From Candidatus Saccharimonadota bacterium (GTDB lineage Bacteria > Patescibacteriota > Gracilibacteria > UBA4473): a stretch of 32,000 bases of DNA. The position numbers and the translations under genes were made by a program. The notes under the pieces were generated by a model. It saw nothing but the letters and a program-made list of their open reading frames with translations. It made no database searches and was not told the DNA's origin. This document shows, in pieces, positions 17,451 to 26,102 of the stretch; the first letter of the stretch is position 1, and the number at the start of each line of letters is the position of its first letter. Location of the stretch: contig OY781871.1 of NCBI GenBank assembly GCA_963677105.1, positions 930,001-962,000 on the forward strand, written 5' to 3'.

Positions 17451-18340
17451 AATTCTTTTCGTTACCGAAAAAAGTAATAGTTATGGAATTATTATTGCTG
17501 AGTGTGAGTGTATTTTTTTTGTTTCTCGTATATAAAGGAAATACAGAGTTTCGTGTAGTTGGAACGATAGGATTATTATGTATTTTGTGGGGAAGTTTTA
17601 TTGAGCCATTACTTTTAGTCATTCGAAAAAATGTTTTCCAAGAAGATTCTCTACAAGGATTACGAATAGCAGTGATATCGGATCTTCATATCGGGATATT
17701 TTGTTCGAAAAAAAATCTAGCGCGCATTGTGCGAAAATTAAATACATTAGATGTAGACGCAGTTTTAATTCCCGGAGATTTTCTTTATGGAAAGGCAATA
17801 GATTTTGCAGGAGAATTAGAACCACTTTCTCATATAAAAGCTCCAGTATTTGTGACACTCGGAAATCATGACCATATTTTTAAAGGAAAAGATTCGGGTA
17901 TTTCTTTTTTGAGAAAAAAATTAGTATCGTTTGATGTCCGTGAGTTAAAAAATGAAGCAATTAAGTTCAAAGAAAATATTTGGTTTGTTGGAGTAGATGA
18001 TAATGATTCGGGATTTGATGATTTATTGATAGCATTTCAAAATGTACCAGAAAATGCGGCAACTATTTTACTCGCGCATTCACCCGATATTCTACAAGAA
18101 AAACTTTCTGCTCGTGCAAACTTCATTATTACAGGACATACTCATGGCGGACAGATTCGTATGCCTTGGGGAAGTATTCCATTTGTAATTCCAATAAATG
18201 ATTCAACGTATGATCGTGGATTATTTTCTGAAAAAAAGTTATTAGTAACTTCAGGAATAGGAATGGTCGGAATACATGCTCGATTTCTTAATCCGCCAGA
18301 AATACGAATAATTTCATTTATTTCGTCGGATTCGAATTGA
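17447..18340 (+). CDS. Membrane-anchored calcineurin-like metallophosphoesterase (paralog 1)
   Basis: Two N-terminal TM helices, then SDLHIG, PGDFLYG, LGNHDH, LAHSPD and TGHTHGGQ. The start overlaps the gatB stop (ATGA). Confidence 0.8.
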   Translation: MKFFSLPKKVIVMELLLLSVSVFFLFLVYKGNTEFRVVGTIGLLCILWGSFIEPLLLVIRKNVFQEDSLQGLRIAVISDLHIGIFCSKKNLARIVRKLNTLDVDAVLIPGDFLYGKAIDFAGELEPLSHIKAPVFVTLGNHDHIFKGKDSGISFLRKKLVSFDVRELKNEAIKFKENIWFVGVDDNDSGFDDLLIAFQNVPENAATILLAHSPDILQEKLSARANFIITGHTHGGQIRMPWGSIPFVIPINDSTYDRGLFSEKKLLVTSGIGMVGIHARFLNPPEIRIISFISSDSN

Positions 18341-18409
18341 AAGAAGAAGAAAAATTTGATAAAATGCCAAAGCAAGGGTAAAAACTCTTTGCACTCACAC
18401 AAACAAAAT

Positions 18410-18658
18410 ATGTTTTTTCTTGAATACTCGCTTGAGGTAATGCAATTAGCATTTGGATTAGGATTTCTTGTCCTCGTGTTTTTTGTGGTTCGTCCGTTAA
18501 TTCGGATTCATCGACTACTTGCAAAGATTGATTATTTAGCGGATAAAATGGAAGGATTAGCAGAATTATTTGAAGAATATATTCGTAAACCAGCACAAGT
18601 TATGTCGCAGGTTTTAAAATTTGTATCACCTTTTTTGTTTCGTCGGAGAAAAAAATGA
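18410..18658 (+). CDS. Small single-pass membrane protein with a helical, basic tail (DUF948-like architecture)
   Basis: ATG 18410 gives 82 aa. The TM segment is MQLAFGLGFLVLVFFVVRPLI, followed by an amphipathic helix and RRRKK. The stop overlaps the next gene's ATG (ATGA). A TTGATA-N17-TAAAAA promoter-like element lies at 18356-18384. Confidence 0.5.
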   Translation: MFFLEYSLEVMQLAFGLGFLVLVFFVVRPLIRIHRLLAKIDYLADKMEGLAELFEEYIRKPAQVMSQVLKFVSPFLFRRRKK

Positions 18659-19557
18659 AACACGTACCGTGGCCTGTTTTAGTCGCTGAGTTTGTTTGTT
18701 GGAGCGTGCTATTAGTGATTCCTTTATATATTTGGTTTGGAGATGTCCCTTTTGAATTAGTCTGGATATTGGGTGTTGGATGGATTATTTGGGCGTATAT
18801 GCATTTTCTTGCTCCAAATTTTCTTATGACATACAAAGTGTCTTTGCCAAAAATAGGAAAACATGCATTAAAAATAGCTTTAATTGCAGATTTGCATGCT
18901 GGTCCATTTAAAGGAACACGCTTCTTTAGACGTGTTGTAAAACGAATTAATAAAGAGTCTCCAGATATAATATTAATTCCTGGTGATTTTTTGTTGGGAA
19001 CAGCTCAAAAGTTTGCAAAAAAATTAGAACCGCTAAAGGATCTTTGTACTCCAGCTTTTTATACATTAGGAAATCATGATCATTGGTTACATAATCCAAA
19101 TGGAAAAGAGGCGGGAAGTTCATTTCTTCGAAAAAAATTAAAAGAATTTGGGCTTTGTGAATTAAAAAACAATGCAATAAAGTGGAAGAATCAAATATGG
19201 ATAGCAGGAGTAGATGATAATTATTATGGATATGATGATTTGGACAAAGCCTTTCAAAAAGTTCCAGATATGGAGGAAAGTATTTTATTGGCACATTCGC
19301 CGGATATCGTTGATAAATTCAAAGATGAAAAAAGACCGGCGTTAACAGTATGTGGACATACGCATGGTGGACAAATGGCTTTCCCGTGGTTTATAAAACA
19401 TATTCCTGATATTGTGTTTCATATTGTTCGACAAGAATTCGTTTGGGGGTGGTTTGGAAACGAACGTATGTTTGTGACAATGGGAGTTGGAGAATCCGGT
19501 TCACGTGCACGTTGGTGGGTTCGTCCGGAGGTTGCGATATTGAATTGTGTGGAATAA
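18655..19557 (+). CDS. Membrane-anchored calcineurin-like metallophosphoesterase (paralog 2)
   Basis: N-terminal TM helices, then ADLHAG, PGDFLLG, LGNHDH, LAHSPD and CGHTHGGQ. Clearly paralogous to 17447-18340. GGAG at 18645-18648 is the only clear SD-like element I saw. Confidence 0.8.
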   Translation: MKHVPWPVLVAEFVCWSVLLVIPLYIWFGDVPFELVWILGVGWIIWAYMHFLAPNFLMTYKVSLPKIGKHALKIALIADLHAGPFKGTRFFRRVVKRINKESPDIILIPGDFLLGTAQKFAKKLEPLKDLCTPAFYTLGNHDHWLHNPNGKEAGSSFLRKKLKEFGLCELKNNAIKWKNQIWIAGVDDNYYGYDDLDKAFQKVPDMEESILLAHSPDIVDKFKDEKRPALTVCGHTHGGQMAFPWFIKHIPDIVFHIVRQEFVWGWFGNERMFVTMGVGESGSRARWWVRPEVAILNCVE

Positions 19558-19561
19558 ATAG

Positions 19562-19600
19562 TTGACAAAGTAATGACAACGCGTGTACAAAAGTGGTACA
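19562..19600 (+). promoter_or_regulatory. Putative promoter (TTGACA-N18-TACAAA) overlapped by a palindromic operator-like site TGTAC-N7-GTACA
   Basis: TTGACA 19562-19567 and TACAAA 19586-19591. A perfect inverted repeat TGTAC (19584-19588) / GTACA (19596-19600) lies just upstream of the DinJ-like gene. Confidence 0.4.
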
Positions 19601-19619
19601 TTATTTAATTATTTCATAG

Positions 19620-19850
19620 ATGGCACATATTCAAATTCGTATTCCTGCAGCAGAAAAGGAAGCTGCTGTTGTAGTACTTGAAAACATGGGATTAAACCTA
19701 TCCTCTGCTATTAAAATATTTTTACGAAGAACGGTTCAAGAAGGACGTCTTCCGTTTGATGTGGTTGCAGACGCTAATCGTATGCCTTCTCGTTTTGAAA
19801 ATTCACTTGAACAATCATGTCCCAGTTTCTCTCAGCGCAAAATTGGTTAA
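19620..19850 (+). CDS. RelB/DinJ-family antitoxin-like ribbon-helix-helix protein
   Basis: 76 aa. IQIRIPAAEKEAAVVVLENMGLNLSSAIKIFLRRTVQEGRLPFDV matches the DinJ pattern (RiD..lK..A..vL..mGL..S......v....lPF). The last 34 nt overlap folC. Confidence 0.65.
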   Translation: MAHIQIRIPAAEKEAAVVVLENMGLNLSSAIKIFLRRTVQEGRLPFDVVADANRMPSRFENSLEQSCPSFSQRKIG

Positions 19851-20998
19851 AAGAACTCTCAAGTGAGGCTCAATTTTTTCGAAAAAATACAGAACCATCT
19901 CTTGATGTAGTTCATAAAATACTCGACATTTTAGGAAGACCAGATGAGTCTTTTGCATGGAGAATTATTATTGGTGGAACTGCTGGAAAGGGGACTACTT
20001 GTCGTTTAGTTGAAGATGTATTGCTTCATTCTGGAAAAGAAGTTGCAACACTTTCTTCTCCTCATATACAGGTGATTACAGAGAGAATTCGTATTAATGG
20101 AGAATTGATTTCGATGGAAAGTTTTGGTAAGTCTGTTTTGAAAATAAAAGAAGTTTCAGTTTTGGCGTCAGTGGTTCCTACTTATTATGAAGCTATTGTT
20201 TGTGCAGGAATTTTGGCAGCGAAAGAGGCAGGATGTAAAATTCTTATTGGAGAAATTGGTCTTGGTGGAAGACTTGATGCAGTAAATGCAATTCGTGGAA
20301 AAAGAATTGCCGCCGTTACATTTATTGGACAAGATCATCTTGAAAGGTTTGGTGGAAAATTAGAAAATTTGGCGCAAGAAAAGGCAGGTATTTTTACGAA
20401 AGATGCTTGTTTTTTATTGTCTTATGAGCAAAATTTTAGATCAATATTTAAAAAAGTTTCCAGTCGAGAGATTCTCTTTTTAAAAGGAGTTCGGAAAAAC
20501 TTGAATAAAAAACTTGCTCGAAATATATGTAGAATAGTTCTCGAAAACAGTGATTTCGTGATGACGAAACCAAAACTTCCTTGTCGTTGGGAAAAAATAA
20601 AATCAAATGAAGGAAATATTATCATTTTAGATGGAGCACATTCTGCACCACGTTTTGAGAATATACTTCCGAAGCTGAAGAAAATTTCAGGGAAAAAAGT
20701 TGGTATTTTGGGATTAGGGAAAAATCATGATCCAGAAGCGTTTAAAATTATTGAAAATGAATTTGATGAAATATTTTGGGTAAAAATTTCTGAAATACGA
20801 GATTCTTGGGCACCTGAAAAATTACAGAAAATAATAAAAAGAGGAATAGTGTGTTCAGATGTTAAGAGTGCATTAAAACAGGCACAGGACTTAAACGGAA
20901 CTATTTTTGTGAATAGCTTTTTTCTTGGTGGAGAAGTGCGGAATATGTTTTATGATCCAGTGAAAATATTGGAGCAACAAACGGAATTTCCTCAGTAA
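19817..20998 (+). CDS. folC: Folylpolyglutamate synthase/dihydrofolate synthase-like Mur-ligase family protein
   Basis: 393 aa. P-loop GGTAGKGTT, SSPHIQVITERIRINGE, EIGLGGRLDAVNA, DHLERFGGKLENLAQEKAGIF and DGAHSAP. Confidence 0.8.
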   Translation: MSQFLSAQNWLKELSSEAQFFRKNTEPSLDVVHKILDILGRPDESFAWRIIIGGTAGKGTTCRLVEDVLLHSGKEVATLSSPHIQVITERIRINGELISMESFGKSVLKIKEVSVLASVVPTYYEAIVCAGILAAKEAGCKILIGEIGLGGRLDAVNAIRGKRIAAVTFIGQDHLERFGGKLENLAQEKAGIFTKDACFLLSYEQNFRSIFKKVSSREILFLKGVRKNLNKKLARNICRIVLENSDFVMTKPKLPCRWEKIKSNEGNIIILDGAHSAPRFENILPKLKKISGKKVGILGLGKNHDPEAFKIIENEFDEIFWVKISEIRDSWAPEKLQKIIKRGIVCSDVKSALKQAQDLNGTIFVNSFFLGGEVRNMFYDPVKILEQQTEFPQ

Positions 20999-21444
20999 CC
21001 TCGATCCATTGCTTCATTTGCAAGTTGGTCTGCGCGTTTATTTTTTTCGCGTGGAATATGTTCAAAAACGATATTGTTAAACTTCTCTCGTAAGAGTGAG
21101 GCTTTTTTAAATAAAGGTTTTATATTTATATTTTTTACTTTCCAATTCCCTGACATCTGTTCTACGGCCAATTTTGAGTCCAATCGAACCAGAAGGTCAG
21201 TGACTTTGTTTTCAAGTGCTAATTCCATTCCTCGAATCATTCCGGTGTATTCTGCAAAATTATTTGTCTGGTGTCCACACCAGATTCTGTCATAAGCAAA
21301 TTCTTTTCCCTGTGTATCAAAAAGTACGCATCCAGCACCAGCAATTCCAGGATTTCCTCGTGAACCACCATCAGCATAGAGAGTTGCTTTTTTTATGGCA
21401 GAAGATTGAGTTTTTCTGGGGATTGTAGAAAACAAATCATTCAT
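20992..21444 (-). CDS. rnhA: Ribonuclease HI
   Basis: 150 aa. DEDD-type residues sit in LYADGGSRGNPG, FAEYTGMIRGMELA, RLDSKLAV and KRADQLANEAM. There is a 7-nt convergent overlap with folC and a 4-nt overlap with the proS stop. Confidence 0.85.
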   Translation of the reverse strand: MNDLFSTIPRKTQSSAIKKATLYADGGSRGNPGIAGAGCVLFDTQGKEFAYDRIWCGHQTNNFAEYTGMIRGMELALENKVTDLLVRLDSKLAVEQMSGNWKVKNINIKPLFKKASLLREKFNNIVFEHIPREKNKRADQLANEAMDRGY

Positions 21445-23138
21445 TTTGATAAAAATGTAACAAGTTTATCAAATGGAACATGAGTCGTTTTTCCCGTTTT
21501 TCGAGCAACAATTTCTGCCATTCCAGATTGTATTCCCCGTTCAGAAATTACGACGCGATAGGGAATTCCAAGAAGTTCAGAATCTGCGAATTTTTGACCT
21601 GGTCCTACTTTTTTATCACGACGATCATCGTATAAAACCTCAACTCCAGCTTTTTGTAATTTTAAATATAGTGCGTCTGCTTTTTCAAAAACAGAATCAT
21701 CTTTTCCAATAGGCGCAAGATATACTTTAGCTGGTGCGACATTTTCTGGCCAAACAAGCCCTTTTTCATCTGCAAATATTTCTGCCAAAACTCCCATTAT
21801 TCGAGATATTCCAATTCCATAACATCCCATAATGATTTCTTGTCCATTGGAATGGAAATTGAATGCTTTCGAAAACTTATTTGCTAAAGGGAAAATATTT
21901 CCTACTTCGATCGCCTGGAATGTTTCATACTTTTCGCCAGTTTCAGGATAAAAATCACCTTTTTGTGCAACTTTTATATCATAAAATTTTTCTGGTTTTT
22001 TTATGTCACGATCGAAGTTCACATTGATTGAATGGAAATTTTCTTTATTTGCTCCCATTTCAAAATTAATTCGTCCTTCACAGGATTCATCCCAGAAAAT
22101 AAGTACTTCTTTTGGTAAATTAAGAATTCCTGCATATCCTACTGGAGCGCCCGTAATTCGTTTTACAGTTTCTTCACTTGCGAGTTCCAAAGATGGACAG
22201 TTGGACACTTTTCGGAGTTTTCGGATATCTATTTCTCGATTTCCACGAACAGCTGCTGCTACGATAGTTTTTCCGTCTTCTGATTCAAATAAAATTGTTT
22301 TTGTTGTCTTCTCAACAGGAATATTTAGAAAATTCGCTAGTTCTTTCACACCAATTATTCCTTTTCCTAAAACATCTTTCATTTCTAAAATTTTTTCATC
22401 AGCATTTTCCCATTTTGGAGCATTACAAGGAGTGATCTCTTTATTGAGATATTTATCTTTACTCTTGACATAAAATAATTCATCTTCTCCAATAGGGGAA
22501 AGCGTTTGGAATTCATGAGAAAATTCAGAAAATGCTCCGCCGTCAGCGGCGACAAACTTTGTAATATCTCCAATTCCAAGTCTTTTGTATATCTTGTGAT
22601 ACGCATTTGTCATTACGTCATAATATTTTTCAAAATCTTCCTGAGAAGTGTGAAAGGAATACGCATCTTTCATGAGAAACTCTCGTCCGCGTAAAAGCCC
22701 GGATTTGGCTCGTGGTTCATTACGAAATTTATTTTGTATTTGGAACACACATTTTGGGAAATCTTTCGGGGAATTTGCAAATGTTTGCACCAAGGGAGTT
22801 ATGAGCTCTTCATGTGTCGGATTGAGCGCTATCTCTTTGTTTCCAGAAAGTTCTAATTTAAATAAAACATCAATCTCATTCCATCGTCCTGTTTGTTCCC
22901 AATTTACTTTTGGAGAAAGTGCCGGCATAAGTAATTCAGATGCGCCAACAGCTTCTATTTCAGATCGAACAATATTTTCTATTTTTCGTAAAACCTTGAG
23001 CCCTAAAGGCAAATAAGAATAGACTCCGGCCATTTCTTTGTTGATAAATCCTCCTCGAATGAGTAACTCTGCATTTTTAGAGTTTTCATCAGAAGGGGAC
23101 TCTTTAAGAGTTTTGAGTAATAATTGAGTATATTTCAT
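21441..23138 (-). CDS. proS: Prolyl-tRNA synthetase, bacterial type with an editing insertion
   Basis: 565 aa. Class II motifs FRNEPRAKSGLLRGREFLMKDAYSF and GCYGIGISRIMG, a central INS domain and a C-terminal anticodon-binding domain. Confidence 0.95.
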   Translation of the reverse strand: MKYTQLLLKTLKESPSDENSKNAELLIRGGFINKEMAGVYSYLPLGLKVLRKIENIVRSEIEAVGASELLMPALSPKVNWEQTGRWNEIDVLFKLELSGNKEIALNPTHEELITPLVQTFANSPKDFPKCVFQIQNKFRNEPRAKSGLLRGREFLMKDAYSFHTSQEDFEKYYDVMTNAYHKIYKRLGIGDITKFVAADGGAFSEFSHEFQTLSPIGEDELFYVKSKDKYLNKEITPCNAPKWENADEKILEMKDVLGKGIIGVKELANFLNIPVEKTTKTILFESEDGKTIVAAAVRGNREIDIRKLRKVSNCPSLELASEETVKRITGAPVGYAGILNLPKEVLIFWDESCEGRINFEMGANKENFHSINVNFDRDIKKPEKFYDIKVAQKGDFYPETGEKYETFQAIEVGNIFPLANKFSKAFNFHSNGQEIIMGCYGIGISRIMGVLAEIFADEKGLVWPENVAPAKVYLAPIGKDDSVFEKADALYLKLQKAGVEVLYDDRRDKKVGPGQKFADSELLGIPYRVVISERGIQSGMAEIVARKTGKTTHVPFDKLVTFLSK

Positions 23139-23164
23139 TTATTTTATGCGAAAAAATCGTTCAA

Positions 23165-23193
23165 ATTCTACTGTGCATCACAATATTTTCCAA
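23165..23193 (-). promoter_or_regulatory. Putative proS promoter (TTGGAA-N17-TAGAAT on the minus strand)
   Basis: -35 at 23193-23188 and -10 at 23170-23165. It lies between the stop of the SNase-like gene and the proS ATG at 23138. Confidence 0.4.
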
Positions 23194-23195
23194 AT

Positions 23196-24350
23196 TCAAT
23201 TTATTATTTCAAATCCTGCTTCGCGAGCGCTTTTTATATTTTGAAAATATTTTATAGGCTCAAGTCTTTTGTACCAACTACTTTTCGGCGTATGAGCTTT
23301 TCCACTTTTAGAAATTTTTATAGGACAATTTACATCAAAAACAGATTTCTTTTGTACTTTCCCTTGAAGTGCTTCTGTTGCGCAATTAATCCATGCACCA
23401 CGAGGATTTTTATATACTTCTTCCTGAAGGGCTAAAAATTCTGTTTTGAATTGAGTATCGACTTCATTGAAAAAAGTTTTCCCGTATCCATTTTTAATCA
23501 TTTCTTTATTTATATGTCGAGGTTGTCCAATTTTGTTAAGTTCTTTTGGAATCCATACATGGCGTAAAATACAACGTTTATCGTCCAACTGAGATATGTC
23601 TTGAGTGAGTTCTATGTTTTTTCCTAGAATTAATTGAGAAAGAAAATCTCTTGATTCTTTGCCAAAACATTGATGTCCACGTCGTGTATCAAGTGGTGAT
23701 GGAGTTGCAATTCCTAATAAATGAACGCATGCACCATTTTCAAGAGTAATTAGGTTTCCACTTTCAATAGAAGCAACTCGTCCAATTGATATAGGAGCAA
23801 GTAAATGAGCAAATTTCTTTTTCCAATTCATTGTAATGACACCTGCGTTTTTCCTTATTTTTTCATTCATTTTTTGATACATTGGTTTATCCCAAACACC
23901 AATCTTATTTTGAAAAGCAACTGCTTCTGCTTTTTTAAATTTATTATCGAATCGAGTGTTAATAGAATCTGATTTAAAATGACCAAGACCCTTTTTTAGA
24001 AGGAGTTCTACAAGATTTTCTCCATTTTCTAATTTTACATGACGAGGATAAACATTATTGTTTCGAGAAACCTGATCTTCAAGTATTTTTATATTTTGTG
24101 TTTCAAAAATAAGTTTTAAGAGACGATAAGTTTGTCGAGAAGTTCCTCGTTCTTTTCTTGTGGGAAAGAGGTGATCTGGTCCATCAAATCCGATGAGTTG
24201 TATTACTTTTCCATCAGCAAGAAGGGCATGTTCAGTATCAATAGTTCGTATTACTTTTGAGGGTTTCCAATTAAGGGCTGATACAGAACATGTAGTAATA
24301 ACACCGATTAACAAATAATATATTTTATATTTCATTAAAAATACGCTCAT
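23196..24350 (-). CDS. Secreted protein with two staphylococcal-nuclease (SNase/OB-fold)-like domains and a short Cys-containing basic C-terminal module
   Basis: The start is trimmed to ATG 24350 (or 24335) to give the signal peptide MSVFLMKYKIYYLLIGVITTCSVSA and avoid overlap with tig. Two SNase-like cores are present: ...GKVIQLIGFDGPD... and ...ACVHLLGIATPS...DKRCILRHVW...NKEMIKNGYG. Confidence 0.7.
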   Translation of the reverse strand: MSVFLMKYKIYYLLIGVITTCSVSALNWKPSKVIRTIDTEHALLADGKVIQLIGFDGPDHLFPTRKERGTSRQTYRLLKLIFETQNIKILEDQVSRNNNVYPRHVKLENGENLVELLLKKGLGHFKSDSINTRFDNKFKKAEAVAFQNKIGVWDKPMYQKMNEKIRKNAGVITMNWKKKFAHLLAPISIGRVASIESGNLITLENGACVHLLGIATPSPLDTRRGHQCFGKESRDFLSQLILGKNIELTQDISQLDDKRCILRHVWIPKELNKIGQPRHINKEMIKNGYGKTFFNEVDTQFKTEFLALQEEVYKNPRGAWINCATEALQGKVQKKSVFDVNCPIKISKSGKAHTPKSSWYKRLEPIKYFQNIKSAREAGFEIIN

Positions 24351-24427
24351 TGAGATACAAAAAATTGTCAAAAAAAATATTTTCGTTACCCTCTGCTCGT
24401 ATAACTTTTTCTTAAAAGAACGAAAAT

Positions 24428-25675
24428 ATGGTTGATTACAAAACAATTTCAGGTTCACGTATAGAATTTCAACTCGAAATTTCTGAAGAATCAATTAAAA
24501 AAGCGCATAAAATAACAATTGATTCCTTTCGTAAAAAAGTTGGAGTGAAAGGATTTCGAAAAGGACATGCGCCAGATGAGGTTGTATTACAGTCTGTTGG
24601 ACTTGAACGAATCTCATACGAAGCGATGAATAGAGCTATAGACATGGAATATAAGGGATTTTTATCGAAAAATGATATCTCTCCAGTAAGCGCACCATCT
24701 GTTGACGTGAAGGATTGGGAAAAGAAACCACTTCAAGTAAAATGTATAGTTGAAGTATATCCAGAAGTGAAATTAGGTGATTTTTCAAAAATAAAAGTAG
24801 CGCCAATTGATGTAAAGGTGGAAGAAAAAGAAATTGATGATGTTATATCTACAATTATGTCCGATTCACAACTTGGAAAAAAAGTTGATCGTACAGCGAA
24901 GAAAGGAGATATTGTCGTGATTGATTTTCTGGGAAGAGGAAAAGATAATTCAGTTTTGCCACGAACAGACGGAAAAGAACAACGTGTTCGTCTAGGAATA
25001 GGGCACTTTTTGGAAGATTTAGAAGCTGGAATTATTGGAATGAAGGCAGGAGAAGAAAAGAAGGATATTAAGGTGAAATTTCCGAAGAATTATCATTCTT
25101 CTGATATGGCAGGGAAGACAGTTCCATTTGAAGTAAAAGTACATTCCGTCGAAGAAATTTCAGTGAAAGACTTTGATGAAGCAATGATTGAGAAGGTAAC
25201 AGGACAGAAAAAAACAGTGGAATTATTTCGAAAAGATTTAAAAAGTATGATCGTAGCAAATAAAACACAGACAGAGAAAAAGAAGCGAATAGAGGAGTAT
25301 CAAGATAAGTTAGTTAAAATGACAAAATGTGAATTGCCAGAAAGTTGGATTCAAGGAGAAGTTAATTCTCGAATGGAACGACTCAAGGCGTCTCCACAGT
25401 TTCAACACGATCCAGATGCTTTTTGGAAACAAGTTGGGAAAACAGAAGAAGCCATGAAAAAGGAGTTTATAGGTTCTTCAGAAGAGAGTTTAAAATCGTA
25501 TTTAGCCTTAGTGGAGGCTGTTAAACAATCAAATATTATGCTTTCCGCAGAGGAGGAAAAAGAAGCCCTTCATGAAGCAGGGCATGCTCCAGAAAATGTT
25601 TCAAAAGAACAAGCCATGGAGAAAGCAGTTTTAAGTAGAAAAATTGACAAGTTCCTTGAGCAGGCAGTATCCTGA
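24428..25675 (+). CDS. tig: Trigger factor
   Basis: 415 aa. The N-terminal ribosome-binding signature is GFRKGHAP, followed by a central FKBP-like segment and a C-terminal helical arm. Confidence 0.9.
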   Translation: MVDYKTISGSRIEFQLEISEESIKKAHKITIDSFRKKVGVKGFRKGHAPDEVVLQSVGLERISYEAMNRAIDMEYKGFLSKNDISPVSAPSVDVKDWEKKPLQVKCIVEVYPEVKLGDFSKIKVAPIDVKVEEKEIDDVISTIMSDSQLGKKVDRTAKKGDIVVIDFLGRGKDNSVLPRTDGKEQRVRLGIGHFLEDLEAGIIGMKAGEEKKDIKVKFPKNYHSSDMAGKTVPFEVKVHSVEEISVKDFDEAMIEKVTGQKKTVELFRKDLKSMIVANKTQTEKKKRIEEYQDKLVKMTKCELPESWIQGEVNSRMERLKASPQFQHDPDAFWKQVGKTEEAMKKEFIGSSEESLKSYLALVEAVKQSNIMLSAEEEKEALHEAGHAPENVSKEQAMEKAVLSRKIDKFLEQAVS

Positions 25676-25680
25676 TTTCG

Positions 25681-25914
25681 ATGAAAAAAGTATTTTTTTC
25701 GCTTTCGGGAATAGCCACGCTTATTGCTCTCATTATCTGTTTTCAGAATATTGCAGTTAGTGCAATGGTTGGGATTTTCTTTGGTGGGGGAAGTGGTACT
25801 TTGTTTTGGCCACTAGCTTTTTTGTTTTTACTTGGAGCAGTTGCAGGTTTCTTCTTGGGATTAGCGCTTCTAGCAAAGAAAGAACAACCTCATGACATTG
25901 GTGGCGGATTTTAA
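25681..25914 (+). CDS. Small 2-TM membrane protein (LapA/DUF1049-like)
   Basis: 77 aa. Two hydrophobic helices are separated by QNIAVSAMVGIFFGGGSG. It starts 5 nt after tig. Confidence 0.45.
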   Translation: MKKVFFSLSGIATLIALIICFQNIAVSAMVGIFFGGGSGTLFWPLAFLFLLGAVAGFFLGLALLAKKEQPHDIGGGF

Positions 25915-26015
25915 TATTTAAAAGCAAGATCAAGTAATTATTTACGTTTAGGTTATTTTTTGTGATATTCGAACGAACGACGTTGTCCAACAATTACCTT
26001 GTTCTTGTGTGTATA

Positions 26016-26102
26016 ATTTTTTTGTTCATCAGTATTTTATTGATACATTTTTTTGTTCAATCTTTTGTTTTTTTGTGAACGTGTTGAAAAAAATGTTTCA
26101 CA
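26016..26102 (+). repeat. Cluster of T7/A7-tract repeats in the leader of the wHTH gene
   Basis: ATTTTTTTGTTCA occurs at 26016-26028 and 26047-26059, with a variant GTTTTTTTGTGAAC at 26067-26080. An inverted A7 copy lies at 26084-26095. The inverted repeat TGTGAA 26074-26079 / TTCACA 26097-26102 is also present. A TATAAT hexamer lies just upstream at 26012-26017. Confidence 0.6.
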
